From Rhodothermales bacterium (lineage in GTDB: Bacteria; Bacteroidota; Rhodothermia; Rhodothermales; Bin80): a DNA stretch of 64,000 nucleotides. The position numbers and the translations under genes are program-made. The notes under the pieces were generated by a model that was given only the letters and a program-made list of their open reading frames with translations, was not told where the DNA came from and made no database searches. Below, piece by piece: positions 55,567 to 64,000 of this stretch (its first letter is position 1; the number at the start of each line of letters is the position of its first letter). Location of the stretch: assembly GCA_965200955.1 (NCBI GenBank), contig OZ241742.1, positions 2,311,072 to 2,375,071 of the forward strand. The letters run 5' to 3'.

Positions 55567-56278
55567 AATTGTAGAAGGTGACATGGCGACCGTAGGTCTC
55601 CATTTTTCCGAAGGGAAGTTGTAAAGACACATTCATACTCACTCGATAGGGTACCCAAACCGTTCCAACGGGGCGAAGCTGAATCTGATAGGAGGATTGT
55701 TCCTTTGTTAAGATTGTGCTGTGAAAACTTTGATAACGCACATGCACCAGTTGATTGGCAGCCCTGTCGTAGATATACGTTGCAGTGATGAGGTCCTGAT
55801 CACTGCCAAGTCTACTGACAATCTTGATTTTGGTCGCGGGAAGTGACCAGTAACTGGTATCGGATGTTATCTCATAGATGAAATCATCTTTGAAACGCTC
55901 CAATAGATAGGGAGCATCCTCGGGCAAGATGGCACGAATGATATCGGAAAGGCTATCTGAGGCAATAGAGCCAGTGATGAGGAATGGATTCCCCGTAGTA
56001 TCCATCCGAACGAGATTTGTAGAGGATAGGTAGTGATTGGATCCAATCGTCTCCGTAAATTCATAACGAGAATAGGACCAGTCCATAAGGCGGTCAAATG
56101 CACGGAAAATTTGCTTATCCTGATGCAAGATCTCAATAGCACGATTCGCTGATTCTTGCTCAGTAGTAGATGGTGGAGAGACAGTAGAAGAGCATGAAAC
56201 CCCAAAAAGTACAAGCGGGATCACACCATAGAAGACAAGATGTGCTCTACTCTGGAGAAACGATATTCCTGGCTTCAT
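55544..56278 (-). CDS. Hypothetical lipoprotein
   Basis: Lipobox-like LVLFGVSCSS after a signal sequence. It lies upstream of, and overlaps, birA. I recognise no family. Confidence 0.55.
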   Translation of the reverse strand: MKPGISFLQSRAHLVFYGVIPLVLFGVSCSSTVSPPSTTEQESANRAIEILHQDKQIFRAFDRLMDWSYSRYEFTETIGSNHYLSSTNLVRMDTTGNPFLITGSIASDSLSDIIRAILPEDAPYLLERFKDDFIYEITSDTSYWSLPATKIKIVSRLGSDQDLITATYIYDRAANQLVHVRYQSFHSTILTKEQSSYQIQLRPVGTVWVPYRVSMNVSLQLPFGKMETYGRHVTFYNYALRSSG

Positions 56279-56613
56279 TCGCAAAGGATAGATCAGCACC
56301 TACCTATCTGAAAGGACAACATTCCAACACGACAGCCCAAGAACATAGAAGCAAGTACACTCAAAATAGACAGGATCTGAACCAGTAAACGAGATACGCA
56401 CCATTTTGATGCCAAGACCATCCAAGAAGAACCTGGACCCTACTTGGCAACGATTGGCATCTTCGGAGGCCAGTGGTTGGAAAGATGCTTGAATGTTCAC
56501 TGGATCCAGTGAACATTCTTCAAAGTTCGGACTTAAATGCCCCAATACATTCCTATAAGATTTCTCCCCTCTGAGAATTTGGATACTCAACTATTTTATC
56601 GTAACACATTGAT

Positions 56614-57453
56614 ATGGATCACTCTGGATTATTACACCAGAAGAAAGGGATAATTTTTGGTGCATTGAATGAGACCAGTATTGCATGGGCCATTGCAAAA
56701 TCTGCTCACCGAGAAGGTGCTCAGTTCGCACTTTCCAATGCTCCCGTTGCCAAACGATTAGGATCGCTTGAATCCCTCGCTAAGCAGGTGGGAAGTCCTG
56801 TTTATTGGGCAGATGCCACCAGTAATGATGATCTGAAAGTGCTTTTTGAAGATCTCAAAAAGGAGTATGGAAAAATTGATTTCATTGTTCATGCGATTGG
56901 AATGGGCATCAATGTTCGCAAACGCCGAACGTATGATCAGTTAAATCATCAGTGGTACGCTAAGTCTTTGGACATCTCAGCCATCAGTCTGCACAGGATT
57001 GTCCAACTGGCAATGGAGAGCGAAGCGATGAACCCGGGAGGATCTATTTTGACTATCTCCTATATCGGGGCACAGCGATCGTTTTCCCATTATTCCGAAA
57101 TGGGAGATGCCAAGGCTCTCTTGGAAAGTATTGTCCGCACTTGGGGGCCACATCTCGGCAAATTGGGCATTCGTATCAATTCAATCTCCCAGAGCCCCAC
57201 TCGTACAACGGCTGGACAAGGGATCTCAGGATTTGATGCTATGTTTGAATTCGGCGAAAAAATGTCTCCACTTGGAAATGCTGATGCCGACAGCTGTGGT
57301 GATTATGCAGTGACACTGCTGAGTGATCTGACCCGAATGGTTACCATGCAGACGCTCTACCATGATGGAGGCTTTAGTAGCATGGGAATTGGTGACGGGA
57401 TGATTGAACCCTTGATGGAGATGGCTCAGCAACACTCCTCTGATTTGGATTGA
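56614..57453 (+). CDS. fabI: Enoyl-[acyl-carrier-protein] reductase (NADH) FabI
   Basis: KGIIFGALNETSIAWAIAKSAHREGAQFALS and the catalytic Tyr/Lys region ISYIGAQRSFSHYSEMGDAKALLE. Confidence 0.92.
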   Translation: MDHSGLLHQKKGIIFGALNETSIAWAIAKSAHREGAQFALSNAPVAKRLGSLESLAKQVGSPVYWADATSNDDLKVLFEDLKKEYGKIDFIVHAIGMGINVRKRRTYDQLNHQWYAKSLDISAISLHRIVQLAMESEAMNPGGSILTISYIGAQRSFSHYSEMGDAKALLESIVRTWGPHLGKLGIRINSISQSPTRTTAGQGISGFDAMFEFGEKMSPLGNADADSCGDYAVTLLSDLTRMVTMQTLYHDGGFSSMGIGDGMIEPLMEMAQQHSSDLD

Positions 57454-57460
57454 TCATACC

Positions 57461-58210
57461 ATGAGACGGTTTGTCATTCTTCTGGGGATCATGATGGTTT
57501 TGACTGCAACCGCTTCCAATGCAGTTCAGACAGACATAGATTCTGTAGATGATTTGTTTTATGTGACCAGTAAATCGGCCAGACTCTATCGTGATTCCGT
57601 ACAAACCCAGCCGTATGTCCGCCTCCATTATCGCGAGCCTGTTTCTCTTTTGAAAAAGAAAGGCAAGATCAAGAAAGTTCGTACAATGGATGGAGCCACT
57701 GGATATGTGAATGCCGATCAACTTTCCAATATCTGGATTCATGTTTCCAAGCGACGAAAGCTTCTTGTTTTGTACCGAGGGATGGAAGTGATTTCAACAT
57801 TCAATGCGGATTTTGGATACAATGGGGTTTCAGATAAGCTCGTTCGGGGTTCGGATGCCCGGCCGGATCACTGGCGTACGCCCGAAGGTGTGTTTTATGT
57901 GGTGAAGAAAAATCCTTACAGTCAATTCTATCGTGCATTCCTGTTGAATTACCCCAATGAGGAAGATGCCAAGCGAGGACTGCACGAAGGACTGATCAGC
58001 CGAAGCGAATACAATGCGATCATATTGGCTGAAAAACGGGGATTGCCTCCCCCTATGCAGACCTCGCTGGGCGGACTCATAGAGATTCATGGCAATGGAA
58101 CGGGGGCTTCATCCAACTGGACGGAAGGATGCGTCGCCGTTCGTGATGCTGATATGGACTTCATGTGGTCTTATGTTCAGGAAGGCACGCCAGTTGTGAT
58201 TGAGAAATAA
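57461..58210 (+). CDS. L,D-transpeptidase (YkuD fold) with N-terminal SH3-like domain
   Basis: Signal peptide and the catalytic motif IEIHGNGTGASSNWTEGCVAV (H..G..S/T.GC). Confidence 0.85.
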   Translation: MRRFVILLGIMMVLTATASNAVQTDIDSVDDLFYVTSKSARLYRDSVQTQPYVRLHYREPVSLLKKKGKIKKVRTMDGATGYVNADQLSNIWIHVSKRRKLLVLYRGMEVISTFNADFGYNGVSDKLVRGSDARPDHWRTPEGVFYVVKKNPYSQFYRAFLLNYPNEEDAKRGLHEGLISRSEYNAIILAEKRGLPPPMQTSLGGLIEIHGNGTGASSNWTEGCVAVRDADMDFMWSYVQEGTPVVIEK

Positions 58211-58640
58211 AAACGATCTTTCAATGTTGTTGCATCTGTTTCCACTGAGAAAGCCCTGATATCAATGTCTTAATGATGTATAGAGACGATTTGATGTCTA
58301 TAGGTCTCGACATAATTCCACGAACTCTCCAGTGAATTGAAGCGGGTTAGAGGATATGTCCTTGAAAATCAATCAACGCACTCATCAAACTTTTTTAGGC
58401 CATGATGGTATCCACTGTGGTTCACCCGCAGAACGACCGGATGAGTGGATTGACGATCCAACTCTGGGCATCTTCCAATGGTATGATCATCTCCATGAAG
58501 TTTGATATCTTGGAAACCTGGAGGTAGAATAGCTTCATCATCCTATGATCTGAATGTTGAACATTGATGGATTCCCTGCAACCGATTGAATCCTAATGTT
58601 TAGAAAGTGCGTAAAGTATTGTAAGCCACTATTTGAGAAA

Positions 58641-60011
58641 ATGAAGAGACTATATTTATTGCTGATAGGACTTCTTTTGATCCCGGCCGCGTTTGCTCTT
58701 CAACGAGCACCCAAGCCACTGGAACTCAGTTCTGATACGACAGGGGGGCCTGTCTTTATCGTTCCGGTTGACGGGATGATTGATAACGGTCTGGCCCGCT
58801 ATATTGAACGTGCCGTGAGTGATGCGACCACTCGAGGTGCTGTTCTCACCGTCTTTGAGATTGACACATTTGGTGGACTTGTGGATGCTGCTGACAAGAT
58901 CCGAAAGACCCTACTGGATGCTCAGATGCCTACGGTCGCATTTATCGACAAAAATGCTGCCTCGGCCGGAGCGTTAATTTCGTATGCAGCCGATCGAATT
59001 GTCATGGTGCCGGGTGCTTCCATTGGGGCAGCAACGGTCGTTGAAGGAGGCAGTGGGGATGAGGCACCTGATAAGTATCAGAGTTACATGCGCGGGTTGA
59101 TGCGGGCAACCGCAGAGGCCAACGGTCGAGATCCTCAGATTGCTGAATCCATGGTTGATCCCACCCTTGAAGTTGAAGGGGTCTCCGAGAAAGGCAAGGT
59201 GTTAACCCTCAGTGCAACGGAGGCATTGGAGCTGGGGGTTGCCGATCAAATCCTTGAAACCACCGATGACGTGATTTCTGCATTTGGATTGGATACTCCT
59301 TCCCTGATCGCTCACAGTGAAACGATGGCCGAGCGAGTCCTACGTTTCCTGGGCTCTCCCGTGGTTCAGTCCATCCTTATGTTGATGATGCTGGGCGGCC
59401 TCTATTTTGAACTTCAGACTCCTGGAGTTGGGTTTCCTGGGATCATTGCCCTTCTTGGGATTGCCCTGTTTTTTGCCCCGCACTATTTACTCGGCCTGGT
59501 TGAAGTATGGGAAATTCTCCTCTTTGCCCTTGGCGTTGGACTGATCATACTTGAATTATTTCTTTTTGCCGGATTTGGGATTGCAGGAATCACTGGCCTT
59601 GTGCTGGTTGTTTTTTCCCTTGTTGCTGCATTGGTTGGGAATGTGGGATTCTCGTTTCCGCCTTTTGATGTAGTTATGCCCAGCGTCTACACCCTTGCCG
59701 TCACGCTCATCCTGTTGGTGATTGGCATGGCCATGACAGCCCGAATGTTTCCTGCCTTTTCCGCTTCAAATATATTGGTGCTATCTCCTGAACTCAAAAG
59801 CAGTGAAGGATATACATCGGCCTCAACGCATGATGAATACATCGGTTATGTAGGTCCGACACTCACGGATCTGCGCCCCTCAGGCTCCATGCTCATTCAC
59901 CAAAAACGTGTGGATGTCATTACATCGGGGGAGTATATTGATCGGGGGGTGGATGTTGAAGTCGTTCAGGTCAGTGGAACCCGAGTTGAAGTCAGAATTC
60001 ACGAGGCCTAA
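58641..60011 (+). CDS. NfeD-family membrane-bound ClpP-class serine protease
   Basis: The ClpP-like domain has FEIDTFGGLVDAADKIRKTL and AASAGALISYAADRIVMVPGASIGAA. It is followed by multi-TM segments and a C-terminal OB-fold (LRPSGSMLIHQKRVDVITSGEYIDRGVDVEVV). Confidence 0.85.
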   Translation: MKRLYLLLIGLLLIPAAFALQRAPKPLELSSDTTGGPVFIVPVDGMIDNGLARYIERAVSDATTRGAVLTVFEIDTFGGLVDAADKIRKTLLDAQMPTVAFIDKNAASAGALISYAADRIVMVPGASIGAATVVEGGSGDEAPDKYQSYMRGLMRATAEANGRDPQIAESMVDPTLEVEGVSEKGKVLTLSATEALELGVADQILETTDDVISAFGLDTPSLIAHSETMAERVLRFLGSPVVQSILMLMMLGGLYFELQTPGVGFPGIIALLGIALFFAPHYLLGLVEVWEILLFALGVGLIILELFLFAGFGIAGITGLVLVVFSLVAALVGNVGFSFPPFDVVMPSVYTLAVTLILLVIGMAMTARMFPAFSASNILVLSPELKSSEGYTSASTHDEYIGYVGPTLTDLRPSGSMLIHQKRVDVITSGEYIDRGVDVEVVQVSGTRVEVRIHEA

Positions 60012-60012
60012 C

Positions 60013-60495
60013 GTGGAAACACTCATTCCCATTGCCTGTATTTTAGCAGGGCTGCTGCTAATTACTGTGGAGGTCTACCTGATCCCTGGATTCAATGTCA
60101 TTGGTATCCTGGGAACTCTCTTGATTGGTTTTGCAGTGGTCTACTCCTATTCTGAATCGGGGCTACTTGGAGGTACGATCGCCCTGTCATCTACCTTGGC
60201 TAGTATCGTTCTGCTTTTTATGATCCTGTGGAGATCAGGGGCATGGGATCGATTCATCCTATCAACGACATTGAAAACTGAAGCCGATGCAGCCAGTCGT
60301 CGCAGTGATGCAAGAGCTCAATACTTGGGTAAAACTGGCGTTGCGATTACTCCCCTGCGTCCAACGGGAATTGTACAGATTGAGGGAGAACGTATTGAGG
60401 TGTCAACCGAGGGGGAGTTTATTGCGGTGGGTAGCCAGATCCGTATTGTGGCCATGGATCGGCGCAGGTTTTTTGCGCGTCTTGAAACCGCGTAG
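60013..60495 (+). CDS. Short NfeD-like protein (TM domain plus OB-fold)
   Basis: GTG start 1 nt after the upstream TAA. Three TM helices are followed by GKTGVAITPLRPTGIVQIEGERIEVSTEGEFIAVGSQIRIV. Confidence 0.75.
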   Translation: METLIPIACILAGLLLITVEVYLIPGFNVIGILGTLLIGFAVVYSYSESGLLGGTIALSSTLASIVLLFMILWRSGAWDRFILSTTLKTEADAASRRSDARAQYLGKTGVAITPLRPTGIVQIEGERIEVSTEGEFIAVGSQIRIVAMDRRRFFARLETA

Positions 60496-60503
60496 AGAGG
60501 GAT

Positions 60504-63269
60504 CTACCACTGAAGTTGTACAGACAGGGTGAGGCTTCGCCCGATCAAATAACTGGTCTCATCGGATAGAACCGTCCGATCAGATCCCCGCTCAGGCCGC
60601 TCCACCAAGTACTTATACGCTGGATTCTGCCGCCCTAACGCATTGAGAAGATCTAACCGAATCTGAAAAGTCCGGGCAAATGAATTACGGGCGATGACTG
60701 CAATCCCAATATCTAACTGGCTAAATGGAGCAAGGTGGTGTCCTGTGGCCGTAGGGTCGTCAAATGAATAGTCATCAAATTCCGCCGCATATTCAATGTC
60801 TGAACCCAGTAAGTCATAGTAGGCACGTTTATAGGCCCACTTGCGCCCCCAAGCCCCATGCCATCGGAACATGCCTTCAATCGCAGGTATCGGAGTCCAC
60901 ATGGCCTTGACCTGAAATTGTTGAGGAACATTCCAGGGAACCGGGAGCAGGGTAGGTTCCTGACCACGAAACGTATACTTCCTTGTGGATTCACTGCGTT
61001 CAAATCGCAGTGCGAAGTCCAAATGCTCGGTGAGGTAGCGAAGTTCAAGAGAAGTTCCATAGACGAGACCAGTGGTAGGGGTAACGAATTCATCAATCCG
61101 AGTAATTGAAGTAGAATCCACCTCCTGACTCCACAGATTTGAGTAGTCAATTTGGTTCAGATTGCGCTGGATTTTATGATAGTATTCCAGTCCAAACTGC
61201 CAGTGATTCCATAGCTGCGCAGACAGATCAATACTGTAATGATGAGAAAGTGGGGGAGATAGAGTGTCGTCTACGGGCAACCAGAATCGCGAGGAGGGGA
61301 CGATACTGCTTGGGCTGATGGTTGCAATTTCAAACTGATTCAAAAATTGATGATAGACCCCGGTCGATAATCGGAGGGAGACACCATAGCCATCCTGATA
61401 AAGGGATCTCAGTAGAAGGGCAACTCGAGGTTCAGCATGCCAGTCGCGACTGATGTCAAGCCATGTGAGGCGAAGCCCAGCAGTTATTTCGGCCCATGGT
61501 GTCGGATGAAACACCTGCTGGAGGAATCCAGATGAGATCTGGGATTTTCGCTCATGGTCAAGGATCCGCGGGAAAACATGCAAAATTCGGAAGTGATGTT
61601 GAACCCAGGAAAGGTTTATCCCCGCCTGAAATTGCCCCCAGCCGTGGTTGTAGCGTACCGACAGATCAAGATCGTTATTGGAGAGACCATTTTCATCACT
61701 GGTTTCAATGGAGTTGTACCGATACAAGTTAAACGCAGCATGAACACTATTTTGACGGTCAAGTCCTCCATAGTTGTGAGAAAAATAGTATTCTCCTTTT
61801 CGCCAGGAAATGCGCCAACTCAACCGATCCGTGAGGGACTGATCAAAATACAATCGGATGCTCCGATTTGTCCATGAGTGACGATCGGGAGGAACGATGC
61901 GTGATTCGGAATTCAGAGGAGCGGTTCGTAGCCGTCCCTCAAATTCACTGTTACCCGAATAGATGGAGGCACCAATCTCATCTCCACCATCCAACTCCAG
62001 TTTTGCGGCAGCATGAAGGTCATTGAAGCCTATATTCGGGAGGGTTGGTGCAGAAATGGGCTGCAGCCTGCTGACCAGATTATTGTAGCCTTGCTGAAAT
62101 ACACGCTTGAGAGGATAGATACTGGCCACCATCAGAAATTGATCGGGGCGATTCCATTCTCGCAGTAAATCATTCACGCTTTCGCTACGTAGACTGCTCC
62201 ACCAGTGGTTCCAGATGCTGGTTCTAAATGCCCCAACCATAGAAAGATGACTGCCTCCAAAATCCATCTTTGAAGTTGCCCGTGCGTTCAGAGAAATGGG
62301 ATCTAATTGAACCTCCAAGGCCTTGTCGGAGGTTATGGAGTGTTCAGCACTGATGATGCCAGCGAGATAGCTTCCATGTTCAGCATGAAAGCCAGCTTTT
62401 CTGACGGTTACCGTTTCAATGGCCAGAGGGTTAAAGATTCCAAATAAGCCGAGATGTATCGGTTCATAGACGATACTGCCATCCAGCGTAAACTGATGCT
62501 CACCGAGTCCACTGCCCTGGATGTGAATGTCACTGGTACTGACATCAATATAGAGGCCTGCAATATCGGACAGATTACGTACAACATCTGGGGTACCAAG
62601 GCCAATCACCTGCCTTAGCTGTTCGCTTTCCCTAATATCCATCTGATAGGGGCGTTCTAGAATTGAGACGTTAAAGTCATCAAGTAAAGCCGTCGCAGTG
62701 ACTTCTACAGGACGTTGCTCAATGACCCACTCTGAAAGGGAAACATTGAGCGTGTGGATAGAATCAGCGATGAGATCAAGGGTAGGATTCTGCGTGAGGT
62801 ATCCTACATGGCTGATCCGTATACTAGCGGGGGAGATTGCAGGGGCAGATAGGATGAATTGACCTTGAAGATCTGAGGTCGTGCCGATGGAGGTACCCTC
62901 CAGTGAAATATGTGCCCCTCGCAGTGGTGAACCCGTCTGTTGCGATTGGATACGACCGACCAGTGTAGACACCTGTACGACTTCGGGCTGAAGAAAAAAA
63001 GTGCCACTAGAATGACGGAAGTAGGTCACACCCGTCCCTTCAAGCAAATTCGTTAAGTCAGATTCTGGCGTGTCAGCAGTGGATTGGGACCACTGAGTAG
63101 AGCGGTCTGTCAGTGTCGTGGAAGCATAGGAAACGTCAACGCCCCAAATGGTCTGGAATTGCTTGACAGCAACAATCAAGGATTGGGTGGACGACTGTGC
63201 GGTCGACTCTGATAGATTGGCAAACGATGCTACACACAGAAGCGTCGCACAACAGATGAGAATGCGCAC
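60504..63269 (-). CDS. TonB-dependent receptor with N-terminal STN-like and CarboxypepD_reg-like domains (FecA-type transducer)
   Basis: 921 aa with a signal peptide. It has an STN-like VAVKQFQTIWGVDVSYAS, a carboxypeptidase-regulatory-like GRIQSQQTGSPLRGAHISLEGTSIGTTSDLQGQFIL, and a barrel ending LTLSVQLQW. It lies immediately downstream of fecR. Confidence 0.85.
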   Translation of the reverse strand: MRILICCATLLCVASFANLSESTAQSSTQSLIVAVKQFQTIWGVDVSYASTTLTDRSTQWSQSTADTPESDLTNLLEGTGVTYFRHSSGTFFLQPEVVQVSTLVGRIQSQQTGSPLRGAHISLEGTSIGTTSDLQGQFILSAPAISPASIRISHVGYLTQNPTLDLIADSIHTLNVSLSEWVIEQRPVEVTATALLDDFNVSILERPYQMDIRESEQLRQVIGLGTPDVVRNLSDIAGLYIDVSTSDIHIQGSGLGEHQFTLDGSIVYEPIHLGLFGIFNPLAIETVTVRKAGFHAEHGSYLAGIISAEHSITSDKALEVQLDPISLNARATSKMDFGGSHLSMVGAFRTSIWNHWWSSLRSESVNDLLREWNRPDQFLMVASIYPLKRVFQQGYNNLVSRLQPISAPTLPNIGFNDLHAAAKLELDGGDEIGASIYSGNSEFEGRLRTAPLNSESRIVPPDRHSWTNRSIRLYFDQSLTDRLSWRISWRKGEYYFSHNYGGLDRQNSVHAAFNLYRYNSIETSDENGLSNNDLDLSVRYNHGWGQFQAGINLSWVQHHFRILHVFPRILDHERKSQISSGFLQQVFHPTPWAEITAGLRLTWLDISRDWHAEPRVALLLRSLYQDGYGVSLRLSTGVYHQFLNQFEIATISPSSIVPSSRFWLPVDDTLSPPLSHHYSIDLSAQLWNHWQFGLEYYHKIQRNLNQIDYSNLWSQEVDSTSITRIDEFVTPTTGLVYGTSLELRYLTEHLDFALRFERSESTRKYTFRGQEPTLLPVPWNVPQQFQVKAMWTPIPAIEGMFRWHGAWGRKWAYKRAYYDLLGSDIEYAAEFDDYSFDDPTATGHHLAPFSQLDIGIAVIARNSFARTFQIRLDLLNALGRQNPAYKYLVERPERGSDRTVLSDETSYLIGRSLTLSVQLQW

Positions 63270-63331
63270 GGACTCGGACTATTCAGCCAATGTATACAAT
63301 GGCTTTAAACGCACAAGTATACAAATATATC

Positions 63332-64000
63332 CTAGCGGGGTGACAGGCGGAAACCGTCAGGAACGGTCACATATTCACAGTGGAGTCCACAGATATCCTG
63401 AATAATATCTTCAGCACTCTCAGGAGACTGCTTTAGGATACCGATAGAGAGTGACCGAAGGGCAGGGGAGTCAATGTGAATATTGACATTGTAGCGACGC
63501 TCAATTTCTTTGACGACGTTGCCGAGAGGTTGGCCAGAAAACTTAAAGCCGCCATCAATCCATAGATAGGGAACGGATTCATCATCGGAGAGTGTTTCAA
63601 CCAACGGTGTCATTCCATGTGATCGGATGCGAGCAGATTCTCCAGCACCAATGGTGACGGCTAGATTGGAATCCGATCGCGGAGTAACGCGGACTTGTCC
63701 AGTTTTGACGATAACTCCCGTAGAGGGCTGAAGCTCATCGGGCCACGATCGTACATTAAATGAGGTTCCCAAAACCTCTGTAGTAGCGTCGAACGAATGT
63801 ACGAAAAATGGAATGGGCTGATGTTCAACATTCAGGAAAATTTCTCCTTCATGCAAGGTTAATTCACGAGATGCTTCGCCAAAATTCTTACGATATTCAA
63901 TATGGGAGCCACTGTTAAGGATAATTTGACTGCCATCGGGTAACTGGTGGGTGAGCTGCTCACCCAGCGGAGCAACAATGGTAGTGGGTTGTTGCGTAAG
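63332..64000 (-). CDS. fecR: FecR-family anti-sigma/sensor protein, C-terminal part (5' end beyond window)
   Basis: The reading frame is open to base 64000; the track ORF starts at an internal TTG. Motifs: LPDGSQIILNSGSHIEY, RELTLHEGEIFLNV, VLGTSFNVRSW. Confidence 0.85.
   Translation of the reverse strand, partial: LTQQPTTIVAPLGEQLTHQLPDGSQIILNSGSHIEYRKNFGEASRELTLHEGEIFLNVEHQPIPFFVHSFDATTEVLGTSFNVRSWPDELQPSTGVIVKTGQVRVTPRSDSNLAVTIGAGESARIRSHGMTPLVETLSDDESVPYLWIDGGFKFSGQPLGNVVKEIERRYNVNIHIDSPALRSLSIGILKQSPESAEDIIQDICGLHCEYVTVPDGFRLSPR

Noticed and set aside
56300-56590. 96-aa minus-strand ORF in the divergent region between the lipoprotein-birA-coaX operon and fabI
   Set aside because: It has no signal, motif or coupling to neighbours. 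Its position is better explained as a divergent promoter region.
59908-60012. N-terminal 35 codons of track ORF 59908..60495, overlapping the end of the long NfeD gene
   Set aside because: The overlap encodes no plausible NfeD sequence. A GTG at 60013, one nucleotide after the upstream stop and right before the first TM helix, is a more sensible start.

Overview
This is a 64-kb chromosomal window from what looks like an FCB-group bacterium (Bacteroidota/Balneolota/Rhodothermota-like). The taxon is inference only. It rests on a T9SS C-terminal sorting domain, an STN/CarboxypepD_reg TonB-dependent receptor next to FecR, an ECF sigma module, and almost no Shine-Dalgarno sequences. About 55 kb is densely packed core DNA: secD(partial)-secF, a STAS protein, purA, a histidine kinase, tmk, a BNR/sortilin-like protein, an M23 peptidase, a PduO-type cobalamin adenosyltransferase, sua5/tsaC, tRNA-Phe and tRNA-Asp, a BacNav-type channel, a cobalamin riboswitch-btuB-beta-propeller unit, dusB, mlaEFD, radA, an ECF sigma/anti-sigma module, a menE-like ligase, ybaK, coaX, birA, fabI, an L,D-transpeptidase, an NfeD pair, and a FecR/TonB-receptor pair at the right edge. 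Four things stand out. (i) A 7.5-kb gene encodes a ~2500-aa Calx-beta/Ig-like repeat protein ending in an autotransporter-type beta-barrel, with near-identical 339-bp internal repeats and a G10 tract at its 5' end. (ii) Two AT-rich accessory islets (about 8.9-11.8 kb and 46.8-49.5 kb) carry a Panacea(DUF4065) antitoxin gene overlapping a small membrane-protein gene, a Doc/Fic toxin gene with no canonical start codon, and an overlapping small-ORF + FRG-domain gene pair preceded by decayed tandem copies of itself. (iii) A ~95-nt MITE-like repeat with TTTTGCAAAA-containing inverted ends occurs in six copies, all bracketing those cassettes. (iv) One gene fuses a GPP34(GOLPH3-like) domain to a cytochrome P450. 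No rRNA, CRISPR array, transposase or integrase was seen. All family calls rest on motif recognition by eye; no database search or folding program was available, and many start codons are best guesses.
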